Shown here piece by piece: positions 30,567 to 39,828 of a stretch of DNA of 64,000 nt; position 1 is the first letter of the stretch, and every line of letters starts with the position of its first letter. This DNA comes from Candidatus Saccharimonadales bacterium. GTDB taxonomy: Bacteria; Patescibacteriota; Saccharimonadia; Saccharimonadales; JAYRRP01. The position numbers were made by a program, and so were the translations under genes. A model generated the notes under the pieces. That model was not told where the DNA came from. It saw only the letters and a list, made by a program, of their open reading frames with translations, and did not search any database. The stretch spans positions 94,760 through 158,759 of the forward strand of contig JAYRIP010000003.1 in NCBI GenBank assembly GCA_041906765.1, written 5' to 3'.

Positions 30567-31162
30567 GTCCTTCCTCAGCAGTCAAAGCACCATCGAGACA
30601 AATAGCCCGCCTCAAGCAACTTTATAGTGACAAAATACTGCGGGAGTTAGTTAGTGAACTGCAACTTCACAATGTGCATCAGGCACCTCGTCTGGAAAAA
30701 ATTGTCATTAACGTTGGTCTTGGCAAAGCTAAAGATGACAAGAAAATGATCGAAGCCGCTGCAAATACGCTCAAGAAAGTCACTGGTCAAACTCCCATTT
30801 CGACTGTCGCAAAAAAGTCGATAGCGTCCTTTAAGCTACGTGAGGGCAACCGAATAGGACTAAAGGTTACCCTGCGGGGTGAAAGAATGTATGAATTTTT
30901 AGACCGATTAGTAAATATTGTCTTGCCTCGATTACGTGATTTTCATGGAGTAAGCTTAAAGGCATTTGATAAATCAGGGAATTATAGTATCGGTTTAAAC
31001 GACCAATCGGTGTTTCCGGAGCTTTCATTTAGCGAAACAACCACTGTCCATGGTTTGCAGGCAGTATTAGTAGTGCGTGCACAGTCCGCACCACATGCTC
31101 AAGCTTTGCTTGAGAAGTTTGGCTTACCTTTTGAGAAAACTACCAGCAAAGGAGAGAAATAA
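30563..31162 (+). CDS. rplE: 50S ribosomal protein L5
   Basis: [13 protein letters not shown] and [19 protein letters not shown]. Confidence 0.96.
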   Translation: MSPSSAVKAPSRQIARLKQLYSDKILRELVSELQLHNVHQAPRLEKIVINVGLGKAKDDKKMIEAAANTLKKVTGQTPISTVAKKSIASFKLREGNRIGLKVTLRGERMYEFLDRLVNIVLPRLRDFHGVSLKAFDKSGNYSIGLNDQSVFPELSFSETTTVHGLQAVLVVRAQSAPHAQALLEKFGLPFEKTTSKGEK

Positions 31163-31431
31163 TGGCGAAGAAATCGATCATTGCACGAGATCTAAAACGG
31201 CAGAGAATGATTAAAAAGTATGCTGCCAAACGTGCCGAGTTAAAGGCGCTGGGTGACCATGATGGCTTACATAAACTGCCGCCAAACTCCTCGCCGACCC
31301 GTCATAAAAACCGTTGTCAGGAAACGGGACGGCCGAGGGGATATATGCGCACCTTTGGCCTGAGCCGAATATCATTTAGGGAACACGCCAGCAGGGGTGA
31401 AATACCAGGTGTAACGAAATCGAGTTGGTAG
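31162..31431 (+). CDS. rpsN: 30S ribosomal protein S14 (long, non-zinc form)
   Basis: 89 aa ending [39 protein letters not shown]. No CxxC pairs. Confidence 0.95.
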   Translation: MAKKSIIARDLKRQRMIKKYAAKRAELKALGDHDGLHKLPPNSSPTRHKNRCQETGRPRGYMRTFGLSRISFREHASRGEIPGVTKSSW

Positions 31432-31439
31432 GAGCAACT

Positions 31440-31841
31440 ATGACAAAAGTAACCACAGATCCAATTGCAGACATGTTGAGCCGAATCCGGAATGCACTAG
31501 CAGTACAAAAAGCCGAAATTGTCTTGCCACATTCTAAGGTGAAAGAGGCAGTTGCAACAATATTGCAAAAGAACAAGTTTATTGATAAAGTAGCCGTCAG
31601 TAAAAACTCGGTTGGCAAAGACTTGCATCTTGTTTTGGTAGGTGCCGGACAAAATCCACGAATTACTGAAATTTCCCGGGTTAGTACACCGGGACGGCGC
31701 CATTACGTCAATGCACGGGAGATCCCTACGATTAAGCAGGGGCGTGGAATAGTGGTTGTTTCAACCTCGAAAGGTATGATGACAGGTGAAGAAGCACGCA
31801 AAATTGGGGTCGGCGGAGAATTGATCTGTAAGGTATATTAA
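31440..31841 (+). CDS. rpsH: 30S ribosomal protein S8
   Basis: MTKVTTDPIADMLSRIRNA. ATG 31440 follows GGTAGGAG. The track start at 31425 overlaps rpsN. Confidence 0.95.
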   Translation: MTKVTTDPIADMLSRIRNALAVQKAEIVLPHSKVKEAVATILQKNKFIDKVAVSKNSVGKDLHLVLVGAGQNPRITEISRVSTPGRRHYVNAREIPTIKQGRGIVVVSTSKGMMTGEEARKIGVGGELICKVY

Positions 31842-31843
31842 GA

Positions 31844-32383
31844 ATGAGTAGAATTGGCAAATTACCAGTTACACTTCCAGATAATGTGAACGTTACTATT
31901 GATGGCTCACTCATTGTTGCTGACGGCCCTAAGGGCAAACTTGATCAGAGACTATTGCCCGGCATTGCGGTGAAGCAAGAAGAACAAACTCTGGTCTTTA
32001 CACGTATCAACGACGAACCCGTTAATCGGGCAAACCATGGTCTTATGCGCGCACTCGTGCAAAATATGGTCACCGGTGTAAACCAAGGTTTTACTAAAAA
32101 ATTAGAAATTACGGGTGTCGGCTTTCGCGTCGCCTTGTCCGGTAATGAGCTGCGTTTTTCTTTAGGGTTTTCACATCCTGTTATCTATCGTTTGCCGGAA
32201 GGTGTTACTGCCACAGTTGAACAGAATATTATTACTGTAAGTGGTATCAGCAAACAGCAGGTTGGACAAGTCGCCGCTGAAATCAGAGCATTAAAAAAAC
32301 CGGAGCCCTATAAAGGCAAAGGTATAAAATATGTCGGCGAGCGGATTATTCGCAAGAGCGGGAAGTCTGGTAAGGATAAATAA
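31844..32383 (+). CDS. rplF: 50S ribosomal protein L6
   Basis: MSRIGKLPV and PEPYKGKGIKY. Confidence 0.96.
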   Translation: MSRIGKLPVTLPDNVNVTIDGSLIVADGPKGKLDQRLLPGIAVKQEEQTLVFTRINDEPVNRANHGLMRALVQNMVTGVNQGFTKKLEITGVGFRVALSGNELRFSLGFSHPVIYRLPEGVTATVEQNIITVSGISKQQVGQVAAEIRALKKPEPYKGKGIKYVGERIIRKSGKSGKDK

Positions 32384-32736
32384 TGGATGGATTGATGCAC
32401 AAGCGACAAGCTGAAGTGTTGCGCAAGCGACGCATCCGGGCAAAAGTTAAAGGCACCGGTGAAGTACCCCGATTAAGTGTGCATATCAGCAATAAACACA
32501 TGTCTGCACAAATAATTGACGATAGTTCAATGCGAACACTAGCGGCAGTGACAACCGTCGGGCAAAAGGTAGACGGATCAAAGACAAAATTGGCTGAATG
32601 GGCAGGGGGACAAATTGCGGCTAGCGCGAAAAAGGCTGGCATCAAAAAGGTTGTCTTTGATCGCAATGGCAAGTTATACCATGGGAGAATTAAGGCGCTG
32701 GCAGACGAAGCCCGGCGGGGAGGACTGGAGTTTTAA
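32383..32736 (+). CDS. rplR: 50S ribosomal protein L18
   Basis: PRLSVHISNKHMSAQIIDD and FDRNGKLYHGRIKALAD. Confidence 0.95.
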   Translation: MDGLMHKRQAEVLRKRRIRAKVKGTGEVPRLSVHISNKHMSAQIIDDSSMRTLAAVTTVGQKVDGSKTKLAEWAGGQIAASAKKAGIKKVVFDRNGKLYHGRIKALADEARRGGLEF

Positions 32737-33279
32737 ATGGCAGAGGGAAATAGACCTGTTCGAGCCGGTGCTGAAGAAAAACAGTTCGATGAACGAGTAG
32801 TACACATCGACCGCGTAGCCCGCGTAGTGAAAGGCGGACGTCGTTTCCGGTTTCGAGCGTTAGTGGTAGTTGGTGACCCGAAGGCAAACCGGGTTGGCGT
32901 TGGGTCAGCAAAAGGCGCGGATGTGACGGCAGCGGTTGCAAAAGCCGTGGACGTTGCCAAGAAGAATATGATTGTAGTTCCAGTTTACCGAGGAACCTTG
33001 CCCCATGAAGTAACTATGAAAGTCAGTGGTGCACAGGTACTCATCAAACCGGCAAGTCCTGGTACTGGACTTATCGCAGGTGGAGTAGTGCGAACCATCC
33101 TTGAGTCTGCTGGTCTGCACAACGCCTTGAGCAAATCATTAGGTTCCACCAACAAGACAAATATCGCCTATGCAACAATAGAAGGTTTGAAAGCAATTCG
33201 TCCAGCCACAGAATGGGTGACCCGTCAAAATGTCCAAGAACGTAAAACTGCCAAAGCAAGCGCGAGGGCAGGCAAATGA
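32737..33279 (+). CDS. rpsE: 30S ribosomal protein S5
   Basis: VVHIDRVARVVKGGRRFRFRALVVVGD. Confidence 0.96.
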   Translation: MAEGNRPVRAGAEEKQFDERVVHIDRVARVVKGGRRFRFRALVVVGDPKANRVGVGSAKGADVTAAVAKAVDVAKKNMIVVPVYRGTLPHEVTMKVSGAQVLIKPASPGTGLIAGGVVRTILESAGLHNALSKSLGSTNKTNIAYATIEGLKAIRPATEWVTRQNVQERKTAKASARAGK

Positions 33280-33776
33280 AGTATCACGAATTACAAGTAT
33301 CACGGTCAACGAAATCCACTAGGGTCGGCCGAGGGATTAGTGCCGGTAAAGGAAAGACAGCCGGAAGAGGGACGAAAGGCCAGAAATCCCGTAGCGGCTA
33401 TCGCCGTCGTCCTGGATTTGAAGGTGGCCAGAACCCTCTTATGCAACGCTTTCCTAAATTAAGAGGCTTCCACTCTCAGCGCATTAAGCCAGAGGTAATT
33501 TTTACTGATCAGCTGAATGATCTTGGTGCAAAAGTAGACAACCTTATGTTAGCCGAGCGTGGACTCGTCTCAAGTCCTTATGTAAATGTAACACTGCTTA
33601 CCCGCGGCGAATTAAAGAATAAAGCAAAAATAGAGCTGCAGAAAGCTAGTAAAACAGCACTCGCCATGATCGAGAAAACCGGCGGTACGTTCACGCCAAC
33701 TCCACAAGTACCACGACCAGCCTCAAAAGGAAAAGATTCGCAGGAGCCTACCTCCAAACAAAGTAAAGCCAGCTAA
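33276..33776 (+). CDS. rplO: 50S ribosomal protein L15
   Basis: GRGISAGKGKTAGRGTKGQKSRSG. It follows rpsE directly, with no rpmD between them. Confidence 0.95.
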   Translation: MKYHELQVSRSTKSTRVGRGISAGKGKTAGRGTKGQKSRSGYRRRPGFEGGQNPLMQRFPKLRGFHSQRIKPEVIFTDQLNDLGAKVDNLMLAERGLVSSPYVNVTLLTRGELKNKAKIELQKASKTALAMIEKTGGTFTPTPQVPRPASKGKDSQEPTSKQSKAS

Positions 33777-33783
33777 TATATTT

Positions 33784-33812
33784 TTGACAAACAAAGCTTG
33801 CTATACTTAAAT
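33784..33812 (+). promoter_or_regulatory. Possible internal promoter upstream of secY
   Basis: TTGACA (33784-33789), 17-nt spacer, TTAAAT (33807-33812). The -10 box is weak. Confidence 0.3.
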
Positions 33813-33841
33813 GACGACAGTTATGGGGGAAACAACCTAGT

Positions 33842-35347
33842 ATGAGTTGGAAAACAATTTGGCGCTCATTGAAAAATGCCGATATGCGCAAGCGTATCCT
33901 TGCGGTACTTGGCATGTTGCTGGTGTTCCGAATTTTTGCCCATATTCCCGTGCCACTGAGTGATCCTAGTACTCTCAAGCAAATACTGGAAAACGTCTTT
34001 AATTCACAACAAGCTCCCCAGCTACTTAGTTTTATTAATATTCTTTCTGGTGGAGCGTTGGCAAACTTCTCTATCATGCTGGTAGGCCTGGGGCCATATA
34101 TTAACGCCTCAATTATTATGCAACTGCTTACCAGAGCCATCCCTAAGCTTGAGGCACTGAACCAAGAGGGCGAATACGGACGCAAGAAGATTAACCAGTA
34201 TACCCGTATGCTGACGTTGCCGTTGGCTATTATCCAGTCAATTGGTGCCATTTATCTGGTACGACAGTCAGCTGCAAGTATTGGAGGTCTGGGCGATATC
34301 ACTGCTAATGCAAACATATGGCAGTGGGTGTTGATGGTCTGTGCAATGACTGGTGGCTCGATGATACTGATGTGGCTTGGTGAACTTATTACCGAGCAAA
34401 ATATTGGCAATGGTATCTCTCTAATTATTACTGTCGGCATTGTCAGTAGCCTGCCAAAAACTATTATTAACCTTGTTAATACAATATCCAGTGGCGGTGA
34501 ACACAAATGGACAATTTTTGGCAAACAATTGCCAATTAACAAAGCAGGAGTGCTATATTCACTACTCATTATCGCCATTGTGGTGGTGATAACGATATTG
34601 ATCGTAAAACTTAACGAAGCGTCAAGAAAGGTAACTGTTAATTACGCCAAGCGTGTGCAGGGCAACCGAACATACGGAGGTGTTACGACTATTCTGCCCA
34701 TCAAACTGATTACTGCCGGCGTAGTACCGATTATATTTGCAGTCGCTTTTTTGAGCGTGCCTAGTTTTGTGGGCCAAATTTTATCAGGAGCAAGTAGTGC
34801 CAGACTTCAATCTATAGGCCAAGAATTAGTCCGTCTATTCCAAAACCCAAGTGTGCAGAGTTTTCAACAGGGTGGCTGGCAGCCTTACCTTTACCCAATC
34901 GTATACTTTTTACTTGTCGTCCTGTTTACATTCTTCTATACCAATATCGCCTTTAATGCGAAAGAAATCGCTGAAAACCTACAGAAACAGGGTGGTTTTA
35001 TTGCTGATGTCCGATCAGGCAAACAGACTGAGCAGTACTTATCTCGACTAGTAAACCGACTCACGTTGTTTGGCTCAATATCACTAGGCATTTTGGCCAT
35101 TTTACCGATAATTGGTCAGATATTCCTAAAAACCAATATTACCATTGGTGGTACCAGCGTTTTGATTCTGGTTTCTGTTGCACTTGAGACCTTACGCCAG
35201 CTTGAATCCCGGGCACTTATGGTGACATATGATCAATACGAACAACCTGACTTTTATTATGATGTGACCGTACCTGCTGACGCTGCTACCGGTGGTCGTC
35301 GTTTGAGAGTTTTGCCCCGCCGTTTACGTTCTCGAAACAAAAAATAA
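33842..35347 (+). CDS. secY: Preprotein translocase subunit SecY
   Basis: 501 aa, about 10 TM segments. Motifs GPYINASIIMQLL and GELITEQNIGNGISLII. Basic C-terminal extension. Confidence 0.96.
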   Translation: MSWKTIWRSLKNADMRKRILAVLGMLLVFRIFAHIPVPLSDPSTLKQILENVFNSQQAPQLLSFINILSGGALANFSIMLVGLGPYINASIIMQLLTRAIPKLEALNQEGEYGRKKINQYTRMLTLPLAIIQSIGAIYLVRQSAASIGGLGDITANANIWQWVLMVCAMTGGSMILMWLGELITEQNIGNGISLIITVGIVSSLPKTIINLVNTISSGGEHKWTIFGKQLPINKAGVLYSLLIIAIVVVITILIVKLNEASRKVTVNYAKRVQGNRTYGGVTTILPIKLITAGVVPIIFAVAFLSVPSFVGQILSGASSARLQSIGQELVRLFQNPSVQSFQQGGWQPYLYPIVYFLLVVLFTFFYTNIAFNAKEIAENLQKQGGFIADVRSGKQTEQYLSRLVNRLTLFGSISLGILAILPIIGQIFLKTNITIGGTSVLILVSVALETLRQLESRALMVTYDQYEQPDFYYDVTVPADAATGGRRLRVLPRRLRSRNKK

Positions 35348-35355
35348 AAAACCCT

Positions 35356-35384
35356 TTGCAACACCTTAGAAATACTGCTATAAT
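35356..35384 (+). promoter_or_regulatory. Sigma-70-type promoter upstream of infA
   Basis: TTGCAA (35356-35361), 17-nt spacer, TATAAT (35379-35384). Confidence 0.5.
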
Positions 35385-35401
35385 TACTCAGTTATATATT
35401 T

Positions 35402-35623
35402 ATGGCCGGAAACAAGGAAGTCATTGAGCTGGGTGGTACGATTGTAGAGACCCTACCGGGGACACAATTTCGTGTCGAACTTGAGAACGGTCATCAAATA
35501 ATAGCTCATGTCGCCGGGAAAATGCGCAAGCACTATATCCGCATCGTACCGGGCGACAGCGTGACGGTTGAGTTGACCCCTTACGATCTTACGAAGGGGA
35601 GAATCACCTATCGCAAATCATAA
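35402..35623 (+). CDS. infA: Translation initiation factor IF-1
   Basis: 73 aa. S1-like fold sequence [42 protein letters not shown]. Confidence 0.96.
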   Translation: MAGNKEVIELGGTIVETLPGTQFRVELENGHQIIAHVAGKMRKHYIRIVPGDSVTVELTPYDLTKGRITYRKS

Positions 35624-35666
35624 GTAAGCAGTGTGTTATGCACCGTAAGTAAGGAGCATGATCCGC

Positions 35667-35783
35667 ATGAAAGTGCGTGCCAGCGTCAAGAAAATAAGTC
35701 CAGATGACAAAATCGTCCGTCGAAAAGGGCGAGTATATGTCATCAATAAGATGAAACCGAAGCACAAGCAACGGCAGGGTTAA
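35667..35783 (+). CDS. rpmJ: 50S ribosomal protein L36 (Cys-less form)
   Basis: Hand-translated 38 aa: [38 protein letters not shown]. Lies between infA and rpsM, with AAGGAG 10 nt upstream. Below the ORF-track length cutoff. Confidence 0.9.
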   Translation: MKVRASVKKISPDDKIVRRKGRVYVINKMKPKHKQRQG

Positions 35784-35785
35784 GT

Positions 35786-36172
35786 ATGGCAAGAATCTCC
35801 GGTGTTACAATTCCGTCTGAAAAACAAGTGCAAATTGCACTTACTTATATTTATGGAATCGGGCGAAAAACAAGCAATGAAGTGCTGGAGGCCGCCAAGG
35901 TTGATCCAATAGTCCGCGTAAAGAACTTAACAGACGCAGAGATTTCACGGATACAAGATGTCATTAATGAAAAGTGTATGGTGGAAGGCGAACTGCAAAG
36001 AATTGTAACCGGCAACATTAAACGCCTAAAGGATATTAATGCATACCGCGGTCTTCGTCATAAAGCTAGCTTGCCATCACGTGGTCAACGAACCCGCACC
36101 AATGCGCGAACGCGCCGTGGCAAAAAAATGACGGTAGGTGGCACGGCTAAAAAGGCACCTTCAAAGACTTAG
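35786..36172 (+). CDS. rpsM: 30S ribosomal protein S13
   Basis: MARISGVTIP and YRGLRHKASLPSRGQRTRTNART. Confidence 0.97.
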   Translation: MARISGVTIPSEKQVQIALTYIYGIGRKTSNEVLEAAKVDPIVRVKNLTDAEISRIQDVINEKCMVEGELQRIVTGNIKRLKDINAYRGLRHKASLPSRGQRTRTNARTRRGKKMTVGGTAKKAPSKT

Positions 36173-36190
36173 CAGATTATAGGAATAATA

Positions 36191-36607
36191 ATGGCTGAAA
36201 CGAAAGCAACCACACCAGCAACAAAGGCAACTCCGAAGAAAAAACGGGCGAAACGGCCTGTACCACATGGCCGGATGCATATCCTGGCGACCTTTAACAA
36301 CACTATTGTGACGTTTACTGATCAAAATGGAGGAGCGTTGACTGCAGCCAGTGCTGGAGGCAGTGGGTTCCGTGGATCAAAGAAGGGTACCGCGTATGCT
36401 GCCCAGGTCGCAACTGAGAAAGCCGCCCAGGCTGCCAAGCAAAACCATGGTGTTAGCAAAGTCGACGTCTATGTTCGTGGCATTGGGTTGGGACGAGAAG
36501 CAGCAGTAAGAACCTTGCAGAACGTCGATATTCAGGTAGAGAGTATCCATGATATGACTGGTGTACCACACGGCGGTGTACGTCCTCGAAAAGCGAGAAG
36601 GGCATAG
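36191..36607 (+). CDS. rpsK: 30S ribosomal protein S11
   Basis: GRMHILATFNNTIVTFTD and GFRGSKKGTAYAAQ. Confidence 0.97.
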   Translation: MAETKATTPATKATPKKKRAKRPVPHGRMHILATFNNTIVTFTDQNGGALTAASAGGSGFRGSKKGTAYAAQVATEKAAQAAKQNHGVSKVDVYVRGIGLGREAAVRTLQNVDIQVESIHDMTGVPHGGVRPRKARRA

Positions 36608-36610
36608 ATT

Positions 36611-37234
36611 ATGGCTCGAGATACACAATCTATTGTAAAAATGAGTCGACGGGAAGGGTATGCCCTGCATCCAAAGGCCCACAAAGTGTTAATAAAACGA
36701 ACTGGGCCTCCTGGCCAGCAAGGTACTGGTCGCCCGCCACGCACTAAAAATACCCAGTATGGTCTGCAGCTTCGTGAAAAACAAAAAGTTAAGAGGCTTT
36801 ATGGCTTGCTGGAACGACAATTTCGCAAGCTTATGCAAGAAGCGATGCGTGGAAAAGGTGAAAGTGGCCACCAACTGCTTGAATACCTTGAACGTCGTCT
36901 TGACAATGTAGTTTATCGAAGCGGTTTTGCCTCAAGTCGTCGGGCAGCGCGCCAATTGGTGTCACATGGACATTTTTCATTAAACGGAAGACGGGTCGAC
37001 ATTCCATCCATACGGGTACAAATTAAGGATACGATCATTCTACGGCCAAAGAGTCAGAAAAATGACTATTTTACCCATTTGGACGATAATAGCCCGATAA
37101 GCCCTGATCAAATCCCAGGCTGGCTAAAGGTCAACCGCAAGAAATTTGAAATTTCAATCGCAAGCTTGCCGTCAAGGGAAGACGTCGAGCCTGATATAAA
37201 TGAACAGTTAATAGTTGAGTACTATTCACGTTAA
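36611..37234 (+). CDS. rpsD: 30S ribosomal protein S4
   Basis: YGLQLREKQKVKRLYG plus S4 domain RLDNVVYRSGFASSRRAARQLVSHGH. Confidence 0.96.
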   Translation: MARDTQSIVKMSRREGYALHPKAHKVLIKRTGPPGQQGTGRPPRTKNTQYGLQLREKQKVKRLYGLLERQFRKLMQEAMRGKGESGHQLLEYLERRLDNVVYRSGFASSRRAARQLVSHGHFSLNGRRVDIPSIRVQIKDTIILRPKSQKNDYFTHLDDNSPISPDQIPGWLKVNRKKFEISIASLPSREDVEPDINEQLIVEYYSR

Positions 37235-37251
37235 GGGAGGTCTAAAGCCAC

Positions 37252-38196
37252 ATGTCAAAAATAATCCACACACCCGGTCTTGCCCACATCGATGACCACG
37301 GACAGAATTCAGCCACATTCAGAGTTGAACCTCTGTTGACCGGTTACGGTATGACACTTGGAAATTCACTGCGAAGAGTTTTGCTTTCAAGTATTGCCGG
37401 TGCCGCTATTACTTCCTTCAAAATAGAAGGTGCGACACACGAATTTACTACAGTGCCTGGCGTCAAGGAAGATATCGTCGACATAATGATGAATCTCAAA
37501 AATATCCGGTTTAGGCTTTTTAGTGACGAGCCACAGAAGTTAAGGATTAGCAAGTCAGGTAAAGGCACCGTCACGGCAAAAGATATTACGTTAAATGCAG
37601 ACGTTGAAGTGGTAAACCCAAAGCAAATGATTGCTACCATGGACACCACCAGCGCCAAATTTGTCATGGATTTAGTGGTTGAAAAGGGTCGAGGTTACCG
37701 CACGATCGAAGAAACGACACATCACAAATCAAGTGACATGATCGCTTTGGATGCAATTTTCAGTCCTGTCTTGCGGGTACGATACAAGATTGAAAATACT
37801 CGTGTCGGCCAAATGACTGACCTTGACCGATTATTGATTACGATCGAAACAGATGGTTCTATCACCCCTAGAGACGCCTTTGAAGAAGCGGCAGCCATCT
37901 TAGTCAACCAGTACACGGCGCTCGCAGGTCAAACAAGGGTAGAAAGCGGTTCCCCCATCACCGGCCAGCCAGAAGCTGATGCATCTGCCGAAGATACCGA
38001 TGAACCGACTGAACTTATGACACCAATCGAAGACCTGAACCTTTCAGCCCGTACTACCAACGCCCTAGTCAACAATGACATTCATACCATCAAGGACTTG
38101 TTTAGTCTCAACGATGCTGAATTACGCGACCTCAAAGGGTTTGGCAGCAAAGCACTTAACGAAGTAAAAGATAAGTTAGCGGAGTTAGAGCTGTAA
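37252..38196 (+). CDS. rpoA: DNA-directed RNA polymerase subunit alpha
   Basis: 314 aa. N-terminal domain GMTLGNSLRRVLLSS and C-terminal domain LNLSARTTNALVNNDIHTIKDL. Confidence 0.96.
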   Translation: MSKIIHTPGLAHIDDHGQNSATFRVEPLLTGYGMTLGNSLRRVLLSSIAGAAITSFKIEGATHEFTTVPGVKEDIVDIMMNLKNIRFRLFSDEPQKLRISKSGKGTVTAKDITLNADVEVVNPKQMIATMDTTSAKFVMDLVVEKGRGYRTIEETTHHKSSDMIALDAIFSPVLRVRYKIENTRVGQMTDLDRLLITIETDGSITPRDAFEEAAAILVNQYTALAGQTRVESGSPITGQPEADASAEDTDEPTELMTPIEDLNLSARTTNALVNNDIHTIKDLFSLNDAELRDLKGFGSKALNEVKDKLAELEL

Positions 38197-38198
38197 CC

Positions 38199-38645
38199 AT
38201 GCACCGTCACGGGTATAAGGGTCGCAAATTCGGCCGAGAGCGAGACCAAAGGCAAGCCTTATTAAAAGGCTTAGCGGGGACATTGGTTGAACATGAGTCG
38301 ATCGAAACGACGCTACCCAAGGCAAAAGAGTTGGTACCCTATATGGAGCACCTTATTACCAAGGCAAAGGTGGGCGACTTGCATAATCGCCGGCAAATCA
38401 TTGCTGCGCTCCAACCTTCGGTGATGGCTCACAAACTAGTGGATGAAATTGCTCCTCGGCTTAAGAAACGACAGAGCGGCCATTTACGCATCCAGAAATC
38501 TGGAATGCGGCGAGGCGACAATGCTCAAATGGCAAAAGTAAGTTTTGTTGATAAGGCAGAAATCACTAAACCAGCTGATGTAAACCAAACGAACCCCCCA
38601 AAAGACGACACACCTAAAACTACTCCAACGGAGAAAAAGAAATGA
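38199..38645 (+). CDS. rplQ: 50S ribosomal protein L17 (C-terminal extension)
   Basis: MHRHGYKGRKFGRERDQRQALLKGL. In operon order. Confidence 0.95.
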   Translation: MHRHGYKGRKFGRERDQRQALLKGLAGTLVEHESIETTLPKAKELVPYMEHLITKAKVGDLHNRRQIIAALQPSVMAHKLVDEIAPRLKKRQSGHLRIQKSGMRRGDNAQMAKVSFVDKAEITKPADVNQTNPPKDDTPKTTPTEKKK

Positions 38646-39076
38646 AAACGTTCAGCTCAAAGCCATACGAAGTTACCCGAACATGGTATTTGCTAGACGC
38701 AAGTGAGGCGCCACTGGGAAGGTTGTCCACTAGAATTGCTACCTTGCTAACAGGTAAAGGTAAGCCAAGCTTTACCCCACACGTTGATGGCGGTGATTTT
38801 GTTGTAGTCGTGAACGCAGACAAGCTGGTGGTAACCGGTAACAAACGTGAGCAAAAGCAGTATTACCGACACTCACAATACCCGGGAGGCCTCAAGACTT
38901 CTACACTATCAAACCAGCTCGAAAAAGATCCTACCCAAGTCATTGTGAAAGCAGTAAGAGGAATGTTACCGGTTAATAAGTTGCGTGCCGGACGGCTTGC
39001 TCGCTTAAAGGTGTACGCCGGCGATACGCATCCTCATGACCCGCAAAAGCCAACTAAAATTTCACTTAGAGGTTAA
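38642..39076 (+). CDS. rplM: 50S ribosomal protein L13
   Basis: TRTWYLLDASEAPLGRLSTRIATLLTGKGKPSFTPHVD. Confidence 0.96.
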   Translation: MKTFSSKPYEVTRTWYLLDASEAPLGRLSTRIATLLTGKGKPSFTPHVDGGDFVVVVNADKLVVTGNKREQKQYYRHSQYPGGLKTSTLSNQLEKDPTQVIVKAVRGMLPVNKLRAGRLARLKVYAGDTHPHDPQKPTKISLRG

Positions 39077-39082
39077 TATTTT

Positions 39083-39481
39083 ATGCCAAAAACGACTTAC
39101 CATTACGCACTTGGCCGACGCAAAAGCTCAACCGCCCGAATTCGCCTTCAAAGTGGCAAGGGTAACCTTATTATTAATGGCAAACCGGCCAATGAATATG
39201 TGGCTGGCAGCAAGTATCTGCTTGAAAAATTAGAGCAGCCTTTTTCAGCTGTCGAACTGAACAATAAATACGACATTTCCGCAGTCGTCAGTGGCGGAGG
39301 TATCAACGGACAGGTCGAAGCAATTCAACTTGGCATTGCCAAAGCTCTGGCAACAATGAATGAGGACCTGAAATCTACCTTGAAACGGGCAGACCTTCTA
39401 GGCCGGGACCCCCGCGAAAAAGAACGCAAAAAATTTGGCCTCAAGGGTGCCCGCAAAAAACGCCAGTACACCAAACGCTAG
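39083..39481 (+). CDS. rpsI: 30S ribosomal protein S9
   Basis: YALGRRKSSTARIRL, ending RKKRQYTKR. Confidence 0.96.
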   Translation: MPKTTYHYALGRRKSSTARIRLQSGKGNLIINGKPANEYVAGSKYLLEKLEQPFSAVELNNKYDISAVVSGGGINGQVEAIQLGIAKALATMNEDLKSTLKRADLLGRDPREKERKKFGLKGARKKRQYTKR

Positions 39482-39617
39482 ATGCTAGCAAAAATGATAG
39501 TTTGATAAAAGTCTCAAGCGACATTAATGTAATTTTTATGACAAAACAATTTTTCTCAGTTTTTTATTGGTCTTCACCCCATAAGTGGCGGTAATCACAT
39601 TATCGTATGAAGAAGCT

Positions 39618-39642
39618 AAAAACCGCCACCCAGGCGGTTTTT
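39618..39642 (+). terminator. A/T-flanked GC hairpin, probably the terminator closing the ribosomal block
   Basis: AAAAACCGCC-accca-GGCGGTTTTT. It lies after rpsI and inside the 5' part of track ORF 39607. Confidence 0.55.
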
Positions 39643-39660
39643 ATATTAAAGGAGAACGAG

Positions 39661-39828
39661 ATGGATAATCAGGAAGCACGCAAGTTACTTCAGGAGCACC
39701 GAGTGTTGATTGCCTTTGAAGATGATCGATCACCTCTGGAAATTGCACATAGTCTTGGATTGATTACTTTACAGAATATAATAGAGAGCACTGAGGAAAC
39801 CTCAGGTATAATGGAAGCAAATGGGTAA
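39661..39828 (+). CDS. Hypothetical small acidic protein (55 aa) upstream of trpS
   Basis: ATG 39661 is preceded by AAGGAG (39649-39654) at 6-nt spacing. The ORF overlaps the trpS start by 8 nt. The upstream ATG 39607 is rejected because the terminator hairpin lies between the two. Confidence 0.45.
   Translation: MDNQEARKLLQEHRVLIAFEDDRSPLEIAHSLGLITLQNIIESTEETSGIMEANG

Noticed and set aside
33748-34578. Minus-strand ORFs 33748-34251 and 34252-34578.
   Set aside because: They are antisense to secY. They are hydrophobic mirror frames with no independent signals.
39607-39660. ATG 39607 as the start of the small ORF upstream of trpS.
   Set aside because: A terminator-like hairpin lies within this stretch, and a strong AAGGAG precedes the in-frame ATG 39661.
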